From: an uncultured delta proteobacterium
GTDB lineage: Bacteria; Myxococcota; Kuafuiibacteriia; Kuafuiibacteriales; Kuafuiibacteriaceae
Reading direction: 5' to 3'
Assembly (NCBI GenBank): GCA_963803435.1
Contig: CAWDML010000001.1
Span: 1,184,001 to 1,248,000, forward strand
Length of the DNA: 64,000 nucleotides
In this document: positions 49,813 to 59,299 of the stretch, in pieces
Layout of the letters: each line of letters starts with the position of its first letter
How positions within the stretch are numbered: the stretch's first letter is position 1
Notes under the pieces: model-generated
Told to the model about the DNA's origin: nothing
Seen by the model: only the letters and a program-made list of their open reading frames with translations
The model's database searches: none
Made by a program: the position numbers and the translations under genes

Positions 49813-50951
49813 CCGGCGGCCTCCTCGAGCACCGCCTCGAAGGCATCCGAGGTCCGCGCGATCGAGAAGCGATCGAGGACCCGAAGGGCGGCGTGCGGCG
49901 CAGGAGCGTCGAGCGCGCGGGCCGCCGCGGTCGCGAGCTCTCCGGTCGCGATCGAGATCGAGGCGCCGAGCTCGAGGAGCTCGCGCGCGACGCCCACGTC
50001 GAAGCAGGCGATCGGGAGCTCGGCGGCGGCCGCCTCGATCAGCGCCATGCCCTGGGACTCGTAGGCCGAAGCGTGGAGCAAGAGGTCGTAGTCGCGATAG
50101 CGCGTCCGCAGGCGGTCAGGTTCGATAAATCCGCAGTGGTGGATCCGATCGGCGATCGAAAGCGCCTCCGACCGACGCCGTAACCGATCCAGCTCCGGCG
50201 TCGTAGCGTACCCGTAGATGTCGAGCGAGACGTCGCGGCCCGCACGTGCGAGCCCGGCGATCGCCTCGAGGAGCAAGCTGGGTTGCTTGACCGGTTGCAG
50301 CGTGGTGACGGCCAGAAGGCGCGTCTGCGGGGCCCGCTCGGGCCCAGCCCTCGCGCCCGACTCCGGTCGCAGGCGCTGGCTGCGCGCTTCGCTTGCCCGC
50401 GGGGCGCGCGACTCGATGGTAGGAACCCCGAGCGGCGTTCGGCGGATCCGATCCCGCGTTCCGGGGCAAACGGTCGAAAGGCGGTCGACGAGCACGCGGG
50501 ACCCGACCGTGATTCGGCGGGCGGCCTGGGCCATCACTCTCAGAGTGAGCCGGTGACGTCGCGAGCGCGCATATCCGTAATGTATGGGGGCGAGGTCTGC
50601 GAGCTCGGCGGCCATGACCGACAGGAGCAGCGGCCGCCGCAGGATCCGGCTCGCGAGGACGCCGGGCCAGCCCGATCGATCGATCCAGAGGGCCCATACC
50701 AAATCGTAGGAAGGACGCCGTGCGAGGAAGCCCATGAGGTCCGCCAAACGCGCGGATCGGGGCCGGTTTCCGTAGCCCTGGATCGAGAGCCCGCGCTGCT
50801 CGATCCGGCCGCGGGCGTTGGGCGGCGCAATGATCGCATGGATGTCGACGGTGTGACGCGCCTTCAGATTCGTCAGGAGATCGATCAGCCCGGGGACACA
50901 CGCGGGCCCGTCCTCGGCGATGAAACCCGGCGTCAGCACGAGCACGCGCAC
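49809..50951 (-). CDS. Glycosyltransferase family 4
   Basis: PVKQP, ASAYESQGMALIEAAAAELP...FDVG. Confidence 0.85.
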   Translation of the reverse strand: MRVLVLTPGFIAEDGPACVPGLIDLLTNLKARHTVDIHAIIAPPNARGRIEQRGLSIQGYGNRPRSARLADLMGFLARRPSYDLVWALWIDRSGWPGVLASRILRRPLLLSVMAAELADLAPIHYGYARSRRHRLTLRVMAQAARRITVGSRVLVDRLSTVCPGTRDRIRRTPLGVPTIESRAPRASEARSQRLRPESGARAGPERAPQTRLLAVTTLQPVKQPSLLLEAIAGLARAGRDVSLDIYGYATTPELDRLRRRSEALSIADRIHHCGFIEPDRLRTRYRDYDLLLHASAYESQGMALIEAAAAELPIACFDVGVARELLELGASISIATGELATAAARALDAPAPHAALRVLDRFSIARTSDAFEAVLEEAAG

Positions 50952-51106
50952 GCCCGCGCGGTTAGCCGAACGCGCGCCAAGCTGACAACAGGGGCTTGCG
51001 CCCAGCGTGAATCCATAGTCTTTACGCCACCGTCTCGCGGCCAGCTTCGGTTCGCGAAGCGGTGAAGGGATCACACGATCATTCGATCACAAGACAGGGG
51101 AAGTGC

Positions 51107-51499
51107 ATGAAACAGTCGAACGCTCTAATCGTGGCCGCCATCTCTGGAATGATGATGGGCGGTGGACTCGTCGCCTGCAAAAGCGGAGGAAGCTCCAAGT
51201 CCGGCGAGGGCAAGGCAGAGGCGAAGGCCGCTACCGGCGGTGACCAGGCGGCAGCCGAGAAGCACGCCTGCAAAGGCCTGAACTCCTGCAAGGGTCAGGG
51301 CGGCTGCGCGGTCGAAGGCAAGAACGACTGCAAGGGCCACAACGAGTGCAAAGGCCAGGGCGGCTGCGCCACGTCGAAGCACGAGTGTAAGGCGATGAAC
51401 GAGTGCAAGGGCCAGGGCGGCTGCGCCGTCGAAGGCAACCACTCGTGCAAGGGCCAGAACGAGTGCAAGGGCCAGGGCGGCTGCAAGGTCGGCAGCTGA
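51107..51499 (+). CDS. Cys-rich MNIO-substrate precursor (bufferin BufA2-like) with lipobox
   Basis: Signal ending LVAC; four CK(G/A)xNxCKGQGGC repeats; directly upstream of DUF692. Confidence 0.8.
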   Translation: MKQSNALIVAAISGMMMGGGLVACKSGGSSKSGEGKAEAKAATGGDQAAAEKHACKGLNSCKGQGGCAVEGKNDCKGHNECKGQGGCATSKHECKAMNECKGQGGCAVEGNHSCKGQNECKGQGGCKVGS

Positions 51500-51560
51500 A
51501 GCCGAGCTCGCCGGGGCGCGCGTCGGTGAAGAACCGGCGCCGCCCCTCGCGTATCGCGAC

Positions 51561-52445
51561 ATGAATCGATTCGGTCTCCCGAACCTGGGTCTCGGTCTCG
51601 GCCTTCGCACCGTTCACTACTCGGCCATCCTCTCCGGACGTCCGGACGTCGGGTGGTTCGAGATCATCTCCGAGAACTACATGCAGACCGCGGGGAGGCC
51701 GCTCCATATCGTCGATCAGATCGCGGAGCGGTATCCGATCGTGATGCACGGCGTGTCGATGTCGATCGGCTCCGTCGATCCGCTCGACCGCGCGTATCTG
51801 AGGGAGCTCAAGGCGCTCCGCGATCGGATCGGCGCCGTCTGGGTCTCGGACCATCTCTGCTGGACCGGCGCCCACGCCACCAACACGCACGATCTCTTGC
51901 CGATGCCGTACACCGACGAGTCGCTCGCGCACGTGGTGGCGCGCGTGAGGCAGGTGCAGGACATCCTCGAGGCGCCGCTGCTCCTCGAGAACCCCTCGAG
52001 CTATGTCGAGTTCACCGGCTCGACGTACGCGGAGTACGACTTCCTGGCAGCCCTCGCGGAGGAGGCGGACTGCGCGCTCCTCCTCGACGTCAACAACATC
52101 TACGTGGCCTCGTTCAACCACGGCTACGACCCGATCGCGTATCTGGACGCGGTTCCGATGGACCGCGTCGTTCAGTTCCACGTGGCCGGCCACACGCACT
52201 GCGGCACGCACATCGTCGACACGCACATCGGCCCGGTGATCGATCCGGTCTGGTCGCTCTTCGGCGAGGCCTACCGGCGCTGCGGCGGCGCTTCGATGAT
52301 GCTGGAGTGGGACGCCGAGATCCCCTCGTTCAAGGACACCTGGGCCGAGGCGAAGCGCGCCCACGAGTTCGCCGACATTCAGGCCCCCTCAACGACGCAG
52401 AAGCTTCCACGGCAGATAAAACACGCCGAACCCGGCCAGCAGTAG
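51561..52445 (+). CDS. DUF692 family multinuclear non-heme iron oxidase (MNIO, BufB-like)
   Basis: GLGLR, FEIISENY, HGVSMSIG, SDHLCW, LLENPSSY, LLDVNN, HVAGH, DTH, LEWD. Confidence 0.95.
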   Translation: MNRFGLPNLGLGLGLRTVHYSAILSGRPDVGWFEIISENYMQTAGRPLHIVDQIAERYPIVMHGVSMSIGSVDPLDRAYLRELKALRDRIGAVWVSDHLCWTGAHATNTHDLLPMPYTDESLAHVVARVRQVQDILEAPLLLENPSSYVEFTGSTYAEYDFLAALAEEADCALLLDVNNIYVASFNHGYDPIAYLDAVPMDRVVQFHVAGHTHCGTHIVDTHIGPVIDPVWSLFGEAYRRCGGASMMLEWDAEIPSFKDTWAEAKRAHEFADIQAPSTTQKLPRQIKHAEPGQQ

Positions 52446-53735
52446 CAGGGTGTAGACGCTGTCCGGCAACCTGCCGGGGGCGCGCGCGGCCACGCTCTCC
52501 ACGACGATCAAGGACGCCATTGCGATCTGCACGGCGATGAGGAACAGGGCGAGCGCGGGGCCGGCCGGGCAGCGAAAGGCCTCCGCCGGGAACGCCCGGC
52601 CGGCGCGCGCGTCCCGCACTCGAAACACGATCAGGCTGGCGTACGCGAGACCGAAGAGGACGGCCGCGGCCAGGAAGTAGATCGAGAGGATCTCCGTGAA
52701 GCCCCGGTACGCCGTGAAGAGCGCCGCCACCGCACCGACGGCGATCAGCGCCGTCACCGGCGACTGCCGCCTCGACATGGTGCCCAGCGCCGAGGGCGCG
52801 AGCCCGTCGCGGGCCAGCGCGAACGGCACGCGCACGGCGGCGAGCACGGTCGAGGAGAGGCAGCCTCCGAACAGCAGCACGTTCAGCACGACCATCACGG
52901 TGCGCCCGGCGTCGCCGAACAGCCGCTGCATCACCTCGTTGGCGACGAAGCGGGTGCCGCTCATCTCCTCGGGCGTCATCGTGCGGAGGAACGCCAGGTT
53001 GACCAGCACGTAGAGCGCCGTCAGCAGCAGGCCGGAGCCGACCAGCGCGCGCGGGAGATCGCGCCGGACGTCCCGCATCTCCTCCGCCATCTTGGCGGCG
53101 TCGGTCGAGCCGTCGTACGCCCAGAGCACGGACGGCAGCGCGGCGATGAACGCGACCACCGGCGAGGAGCGTCCCGCCGCGAGATGAACGGGGGCGCTCC
53201 AGTGGATGTCGCTTCGACCGAGAAGCAGCGCGACCCCCGCGACCGTCATCAGCGCCAGGACCTTGACGGCGGTGAGCACGTTCTGAGATCCCGCGCCCGC
53301 CCGGAGGCCGAGGCAGTTGACGCCCGTGACCACCGCGATCGCGGCGACCCCGATCATGTTGGCGTGCGCCACGTCGATCGAGACGAGCTCCGAGACCGCC
53401 TCGCCAAAGGCGACCGCGATGATCGCCGCGCCGCCACCCAGGATGAACACGCTGTAGCCCCACCCGAAGACGAACGCGCAGAGGCTGCCGTACGCCTCGC
53501 GGAGGTAGACGTACTCGCCGCCGGCTTCGGGGAACCGGGTGGCGAGCTCGGCGGTGACCAATCCGGCGGCCACCACGAAGAAGCCGCCGAAGAGCCAGAC
53601 CGCCACCATCAGCAGGGGCGAGGAGAGCTCGGTCGCGATCTCCCCGGGAGTACGAAAGATTCCCGACCCCACCGCCACGCCAATCCCAATCAGGAGCGCG
53701 GTCGCGGACCCGAGGAGCCGCTGGAGCCTCGGCAC
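52389..53735 (-). CDS. APC family amino acid permease
   Basis: VGSGIF, AELATRFPEAGGEYVYLREAYG, WAYDG, AEE...RDLPRAL. Confidence 0.92.
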   Translation of the reverse strand: MPRLQRLLGSATALLIGIGVAVGSGIFRTPGEIATELSSPLLMVAVWLFGGFFVVAAGLVTAELATRFPEAGGEYVYLREAYGSLCAFVFGWGYSVFILGGGAAIIAVAFGEAVSELVSIDVAHANMIGVAAIAVVTGVNCLGLRAGAGSQNVLTAVKVLALMTVAGVALLLGRSDIHWSAPVHLAAGRSSPVVAFIAALPSVLWAYDGSTDAAKMAEEMRDVRRDLPRALVGSGLLLTALYVLVNLAFLRTMTPEEMSGTRFVANEVMQRLFGDAGRTVMVVLNVLLFGGCLSSTVLAAVRVPFALARDGLAPSALGTMSRRQSPVTALIAVGAVAALFTAYRGFTEILSIYFLAAAVLFGLAYASLIVFRVRDARAGRAFPAEAFRCPAGPALALFLIAVQIAMASLIVVESVAARAPGRLPDSVYTLLLLAGFGVFYLPWKLLRR

Positions 53736-53775
53736 GATCGTGAGCTATAGGGTCGGCTGGCGCCAAAGGGAAGCG

Positions 53776-54927
53776 ATGTCGAAGAAGCGAGCCAAGACCG
53801 GCACTCCACCGAAGCGCAAGGCGCGGCCGAAGCGCGGAAAGGCCTTCAGGACGAAGGTCATCCCGCGAAGCCAGGACGGCGAGAGCGGGGAGGCCTCCAG
53901 GACGAAGGTCATCCCGCGAAGCCACCAGCCGTCCATTGTTCGGGATGACGGGGGACCTGCGCCCGAGGAGGGCGGACCGGCCGAGGTGATGGTCTCGGAG
54001 CGCGCCAGCGCCATGCCGTTGACGCCCGGATCGCGGGTCGAGCGGAGCACGCTCGGCGAGGGCGCCTCCGTGAGCGCGGGCGTGGCGATGGAGGGCGGCG
54101 TCGAGGGCCCCCTCGAGCGGCTCCAGGCCTGGTTCAGCGCGGTCGTCACGCACCCGACGAGCGCCGCAGAGGGCGTCGAGAGCGCCGCGCCAATCCAGCG
54201 CGCACTGGGAGCGCACGCCGTCGAGGAGATTGTCACGCCCAGCGCGCGCATGACGGCGGTCGACCGGCTCGGCATCTATCAGTTCGCGTACCACGCGCGC
54301 CTCGTCGAGTGCCTCGCCGACGACTACCCGGCGGTGAAGACGGCGATCGGTGAGGACACCTTCGAGACGGTGGCGAGGAGGTACATTGCGAAGCATCCCT
54401 CGCAGAACGCCAACCTCAACTCCTTCGGATCGAGCTTCGCAGGCTTCGTCGCCGAGCAGAGCGACTGGCTCGAGCACCACGCGTTCCTCGCCGACCTGGC
54501 GCGGCTCGAGTGGGCGATGGTCGAGGTGCTGCACGCACCCGCCGCGCCGGCGCTGCTGCTCTCGGGCCTGTCCCAACTGGCGCCCGAGGCGTGGGGCCGC
54601 ATCGAGCTCTCGCCGGCGCCGACCCTGCGCTTCCTCGAGCTCGACCATCCCGCCAACGCGTTCCTCCAGGCGACGCGCGACGGCGAGTCTCCGGAGATCC
54701 CGCCGCCGGCGTGGTCGGCCACCGCGGTCTATCGACAGGGGTACACGATCTGGCGGATGGGCTTCACGCGTCCGATGGCCCGCGTGCTCTCGGCGCTCCT
54801 CGAGGGGCAGAACCTTTCGGACGCGCTCGACCGGCTCGACGTCGCGGACACCAGCGAGGGCGACGTGATGGTGTGGTTCCGAGAGTGGGTCTCGGGCGGC
54901 TTCTTCAGCGCGATTCACACCGCCTGA
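53776..54927 (+). CDS. DUF2063 family protein (BufC/HvfC-like MNIO partner) with basic N-terminal extension
   Basis: RLGIYQFAYHARLVECLADDYP, YIAKHPS, LADLARLEWA. Confidence 0.85.
   Translation: MSKKRAKTGTPPKRKARPKRGKAFRTKVIPRSQDGESGEASRTKVIPRSHQPSIVRDDGGPAPEEGGPAEVMVSERASAMPLTPGSRVERSTLGEGASVSAGVAMEGGVEGPLERLQAWFSAVVTHPTSAAEGVESAAPIQRALGAHAVEEIVTPSARMTAVDRLGIYQFAYHARLVECLADDYPAVKTAIGEDTFETVARRYIAKHPSQNANLNSFGSSFAGFVAEQSDWLEHHAFLADLARLEWAMVEVLHAPAAPALLLSGLSQLAPEAWGRIELSPAPTLRFLELDHPANAFLQATRDGESPEIPPPAWSATAVYRQGYTIWRMGFTRPMARVLSALLEGQNLSDALDRLDVADTSEGDVMVWFREWVSGGFFSAIHTA
53841..53924 (+). repeat. 33 bp direct repeat x2 (53841-53873, 53892-53924)
   Basis: GGCCT(T/C)CAGGACGAAGGTCATCCCGCGAAGCCA, one mismatch. 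Confidence 0.85.
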
Positions 54928-56045
54928 CGCGTCGCGAACGCGTGGGTCCCGGCGCCAACCCGAACGCGGTGGCCCCGCCAGCGCACGTGCTTCACGAACG
55001 GGGTCACCAGCCAGACGCCCAGCATCGCCAGCTCGCGGAGCGGCGCCAGCAGGAGCGGGATCCAGATGCGGCGGGGACCGCGGAGCAGCCACCACTGGCC
55101 AGCGTCGCGCAACAGCATCAGCGCCGCCGCCCAGGCGAGCCCGGCGGGCAGACCGAGCAATGCGATCGCGCAGGGTGCGAGGAGGAGCGGGCTGGCCAGC
55201 GGCTCCAGCAGGAATGCGATCCCGCGCAGACGCACCCGGAGAATCGACCAGCGGAGCTGGCGCTCCAGGCACCGCGCCAGCGAGAGCCGGCCGTTGGTCG
55301 CTTGGACCACCGTGGGGGCGATGCAAACCTCGAAGCCCGCGTGCTGGAACTTCTTGCCGATGATGAAGTCCTCGGCGAGTAGATCGCGGACACTCTCGAA
55401 GCCGCCGAGCGACTCGAACACGCGGCGGGAGAAGAGCATCGACTTCCCCACCACGGCTGCGTCGCCGAAGATCGTCGGGAGCGCAGCCCCCGCCGCGACG
55501 AAGCCGTTGAGCTGGACGTTCTCCAGCGCCGCGCCCAGGCTCCGCTCGCCGGCGCCGGAGAAAAGGTGCGTCACCAACCCGACGCGCGGGTCCGCCCCGA
55601 ACACCGCGATCGCCTCGCTCAGATAGCACGGCGGCACGCGCACGTTGCTGTCGCTGACCAGGAGCAGATCGTGGGCCGCGTGCTCGACCATGCCCCGTAG
55701 GTTCGCGATCTTGGGGTTGAGCGCGCGACCGCCTCCGTGGATCACGAGCGTGCATTCCACCTCCGGGTGGCGACGCGCCACCGCCCGGGCGATCGCGATC
55801 GCCGGATCGCGCCCATCCTCGACGCCGAACAGGATCTGCACTCGCCCCGGATAATCCTGGCGGAAGAAGCTCTCCAGATTCGCCGCCAGATCCGGGTCGG
55901 CGCCGCACAGCGGCTTCAGCACCGTGAGCGCCGGCGACGCGTGCGCGCTCGAGGCGCGGCCACGGCGGGCGGCGAGCACCGCCAGCGTCCCCGACACGAC
56001 CCATAGCGAGCAGAGCCCGACCAGCGCGGCAAAGAGGATCATCAT
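54915..56045 (-). CDS. Ceramide glucosyltransferase-like (GT21/HpnI-like)
   Basis: VLKPLCGAD, QDYP, NPKIANL, SDSNVRV, LAEDF, RQLRW. Confidence 0.88.
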   Translation of the reverse strand: MMILFAALVGLCSLWVVSGTLAVLAARRGRASSAHASPALTVLKPLCGADPDLAANLESFFRQDYPGRVQILFGVEDGRDPAIAIARAVARRHPEVECTLVIHGGGRALNPKIANLRGMVEHAAHDLLLVSDSNVRVPPCYLSEAIAVFGADPRVGLVTHLFSGAGERSLGAALENVQLNGFVAAGAALPTIFGDAAVVGKSMLFSRRVFESLGGFESVRDLLAEDFIIGKKFQHAGFEVCIAPTVVQATNGRLSLARCLERQLRWSILRVRLRGIAFLLEPLASPLLLAPCAIALLGLPAGLAWAAALMLLRDAGQWWLLRGPRRIWIPLLLAPLRELAMLGVWLVTPFVKHVRWRGHRVRVGAGTHAFATRQAV

Positions 56046-56446
56046 GACGGCACCTCCGCGGGTTTCGGGGCACGGAAGATCCGTGACCACAGGGGCAGGC
56101 TGAAGCCGAAGTACACGAGCGCCGATCCCAGGACGCGCGCGCCCAGATAGGGCAGCGCGAAGACCGCGATCAGACGGTCGAAGAGGAGCGCGTTGAGCGA
56201 TAGGGCCCCGGCCTCCACCAGGCCGAACCAGAGGCCCTGGCGGACCCAGGCCGGCGATCGATCCCGAAACGCGAAGACCTTGTTGCCGACGAACTGGGCG
56301 AGCACGCCGCCGAGGAGCGCCGGGAGGTTGGCGGCCCGTGGCGCGAGCCCCAGACCGTCGACGAGCACCGCGAGGAGGAGGAGATCGAACCCGGTGGCGA
56401 TCGCGCCCACACAGGCGCTCGAGAGGACGGTGGTCAAGCGCCGCAC
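56042..56446 (-). CDS. GtrA family membrane protein
   Basis: VGAIATGFD, QFVGNKVFAFR; four TM segments. Confidence 0.8.
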   Translation of the reverse strand: MRRLTTVLSSACVGAIATGFDLLLLAVLVDGLGLAPRAANLPALLGGVLAQFVGNKVFAFRDRSPAWVRQGLWFGLVEAGALSLNALLFDRLIAVFALPYLGARVLGSALVYFGFSLPLWSRIFRAPKPAEVPS

Positions 56447-56458
56447 ACGCCGCCCTGG

Positions 56459-56474
56459 AGCCAGGGGCGTGCCA
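56459..56474 (-). promoter_or_regulatory. putative sigma54 promoter for the GtrA/GT21 operon
   Basis: Minus-strand TGGCACGCCCCTGGCT (GG-N10-GC). Confidence 0.55.
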
Positions 56475-56637
56475 CACCGCCGCGGCAGGCGGGATGATGT
56501 CTCGGTGCGTCGAAGGCGTTCCGGAAGCGCGTCGGGCGTTTCGCGGCGCGGCCAAGTGAGGAGCCGAAGCCCCACTGTCGGGATCGATTCATCCCCACGC
56601 AGGCGTGCTTCGCGGATGTAACGGATGCCTCACGGAA

Positions 56638-56653
56638 CGGCCCAATGTTTGCT
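56638..56653 (+). promoter_or_regulatory. putative sigma54 promoter
   Basis: CGGCCCAATGTTTGCT (GG-N10-GC) upstream of the ATG at 56677. Confidence 0.45.
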
Positions 56654-56676
56654 CGTGGAACGCTGAGACAGCCGCC

Positions 56677-57267
56677 ATGTTCCTGGAAGACGCCACCTCG
56701 CGAAGCCTGTCGAGCGTTGACTTCGGCCGAGCCGCCCAGGACGCCGCCCGGAACCCCAAAGGCCTGGCCCTTCCGCCGCCCACCGAGTTCATCCACGCTC
56801 CCTCCGAGATCCTCGACGAAGAAGCTGCGCTCCAGCAGGCCCGCTTGGAGAAGCAGTCCATCCTCTGGCGGGCCCGCGTGCGCCTGCGACGCGTCTCGGA
56901 GATTGCGCGCGATCTCGCCCTTCAGACCTGGGAGCTGCTCTCTCACCGGATCGAGTCCGACACGTTCGACTACGACGAGCCCGAGGTTCTCGACGAGCAA
57001 CCGGATCTCCCGCCGCTCGAGGTGAGTCAGGAGATCGATCTTCGCGAGGACGACGACGCGGATACCGCCCGCGTGCCCACGCCGGTCCCGTTCCCCGCAC
57101 ACCGTGAGGGGGGAGCTCCGGGGAAGGACGAGTGGACCGTCACGACGCAGGTGGTCGACATGACCCGGCGGCGCAAGGGCAAGGGGACCCGACCGGGGTC
57201 ACTCCCGGGGCGCCCGATCCCCGTGTCGGATCCGATCCTCGATCCCTCCCGCAGGCCGAAGCGTTAG
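56677..57267 (+). CDS. Hypothetical protein, acidic/Pro-rich
   Basis: Plausible ORF filling the gap; no recognised motif. Confidence 0.55.
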   Translation: MFLEDATSRSLSSVDFGRAAQDAARNPKGLALPPPTEFIHAPSEILDEEAALQQARLEKQSILWRARVRLRRVSEIARDLALQTWELLSHRIESDTFDYDEPEVLDEQPDLPPLEVSQEIDLREDDDADTARVPTPVPFPAHREGGAPGKDEWTVTTQVVDMTRRRKGKGTRPGSLPGRPIPVSDPILDPSRRPKR

Positions 57268-57364
57268 CGCGACCCTAGGAGCGTGTAGCGCGTAAGCGCT
57301 CACGCGACCCCGGTCCGGGTCCCGGTCCCGGTCCGGGTCCCGATCTGAAGAGGGCTGCCTTGAG

Positions 57365-58783
57365 TCAGACGCTCGCGACGGTCGCGAGCTTCGATCGGTA
57401 GAGCTTGAGCAGGTTGTGGGTGAGGCAGACGAGCATCCACTCGGCTCGTACCTTGAAGAAGGAGCGTAGCGAGAACCGGCGGAATCCTCGTGCCGCTTTG
57501 ATCTGTCCGAGCGCCGGTTCGACGATACTCTTCCTGCGGGGGTAGACCGCCTTGCCGTCGCGCGTTTGCAACTTGTCTCGCATTCGCTTGCGAGCGAGCG
57601 AGGCAGGTGTGGGCTCCGAAGCTGATGAGGACGGAGTCGACGCGTCTTGGTTCTGTTCGCGTCCAACAGCGATGTGGGCATCGATCTGATTGTTGTCGCA
57701 GAATTCGATGTTGGTCGCGCTCAGATAGCCGTTGTCTGCCGTCATCTTCCGAGGAGCATCGCCGCAGTTGCCGAACACATCACGGAGCATCGGGACGAGG
57801 TGTTGCTGATCAGGTGCCTGGTTGCTGACCCCTTCGGCGACACTCACCTGAGCGTGCTCATCTACGACAACTTGGGCATTGTAGGCCTGGAGGTACGCTC
57901 CCTCCTTCAACATGATCCTGCTGTCTGAGTCGGTGAAGTTCCTCTGAGCGTTGGGCCTCGGTGTGCCGTCCACATTTGCAGGAACGCGATGATGCGGCCA
58001 TCCATCATTTCGTTCAGTTGGGTCTGGGGATGGTTCGAGCTGGTCAGCCTGCGCTCTTGCCTTCTCGGCTCGAGTTCTCGCTCGCTTCTGCTCCACCCGA
58101 TCCACAAGAGCATCATCCGCTTTGCTCTGCTGCTCTTCGGCTTGCCGGCGCAATTTCTCCGCGCGAGCCCTGGCGGCATCCTGCTCCAGCGCAGCCTTCG
58201 CTTCTCGAATGCGGGCAAGGCGGGATTCACGGCGAGCGAGCTCCGCTGGGATGTCCTCTTCAGTCTCTTCAACGCCCAGCCGCTCGTCTTCCTCTTGGTC
58301 GATCGTGCGCGCTCGCTCCAGCAGTTCTTCGATCTCGAGAGACAGCCGCTTCTCCTCCTCGGCCATCCGCTCGTAGGTCATCGCCTTGTGCTTGCTCGCG
58401 TTCGCCTGCACCTTCGAGCCATCGAGTGCGACGTGTCCGAGCCGCACCAAACCTGCTTTCTGGCAAAGCTTCAGGACTTCGAGGAAGAGCGCTTTCAGTG
58501 CCTCCAGGTGGACCAGCCGAAACTCGTTGATCGTCGTGAAGTGGGGATGACTTTCTCCAGCCAGCACCCGGAATGGAATGTCTTCGTAGGTCGCCCGCGC
58601 GATCCTCCGCGACGAATAGATGCCGGTGCAGTAGGCGTACAGAAGCAGCGCGATCATCATTCGAGGCGAGTACGGTCGCTCGCCTCGCGGGTCCTTGGAC
58701 TGGATCGAGATCTCGATCGCGCTCAGCTCTACCTCATCGACGACGTCCAAGACGAAGTACGCGAGATGATTTTCTGGGAGCCA
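57365..58783 (-). pseudogene. IS1182-family transposase, 5'-truncated
   Basis: Body of the frame is intact, but a 131 bp deletion (copy 1 positions 18407-18537) removes the start codon and upstream region. Confidence 0.85.
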
Positions 58784-58837
58784 ACCTCCAAGAACTTCTG
58801 CTGGTCAAAGTGGACGAGCTACCGCAAGCTAGCTTGC

Positions 58838-59220
58838 ATTGTCACTTTCGATCACGAGAAGCTCGAGGTTCTACCAGCTCGCCGTCGAGTAGGCCGACAT
58901 CGCTGAAGAGATCGCACAAGAACTGCAACCCGGTCACGCTCACGTCCGCGATCAGCTTCGGCGGGCATCCGATTCCATCGTGAACAACACCGCCGAGGGC
59001 GCCGGAGAGTTCAATCTACCTGAGAAGGCTCGCTTCTACCGCTCGCTTCTACCGGATGGCACTTCGCTCTGGCACCGAAAGCGCCGCCTCACTCCACACC
59101 TGCTCGAGGCGCCGACTCGCCAACGAGCAGAAGGTCCAAGCCGCCAGAGCCAAGCTCAAGCGCGTTGTCGAGATGCTCACGCGCCTCATCAAGTCGATGA
59201 ACGCACGCCGGGCTGCATGA
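58838..59220 (+). pseudogene. Four helix bundle protein pseudogene
   Basis: Versus copy 1: ATG>ATT, extra T near 58870, TAT>TAG at 58890, 13 bp tandem duplication 59028-59053. Confidence 0.88.
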
Positions 59221-59299
59221 TCGCCATCGGGACCGGGACCGGGACCGGGACCCGGACCGGGCTCGCGGTAGCGCTACGCGCTACACGCTCCTAGTGCCC

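Larger units (their letters stand above)
57279..59290. mobile_element. IS1182-family element with four-helix-bundle passenger, copy 2 (inverted relative to copy 1)
   Basis: CTAG at 57275-57278 and 59291-59294; inverted ends 57279-57344 and 59226-59290 match those of copy 1. Confidence 0.92.

Noticed and set aside
51260-51490. CRISPR-like spaced repeats (TGCAAGGGCCAGGGCGGCTGC)
   Set aside because: In-frame coding repeats of the Cys-rich precursor; the intervening sequences are related to each other
52330-56073. 1247-aa minus-strand ORF and similar long ORFs (e.g. 24128-26284, 4278-6224, 39020-41101)
   Set aside because: Arg/Pro/Gly-rich shadow frames overlapping well-supported genes, expected at this GC content
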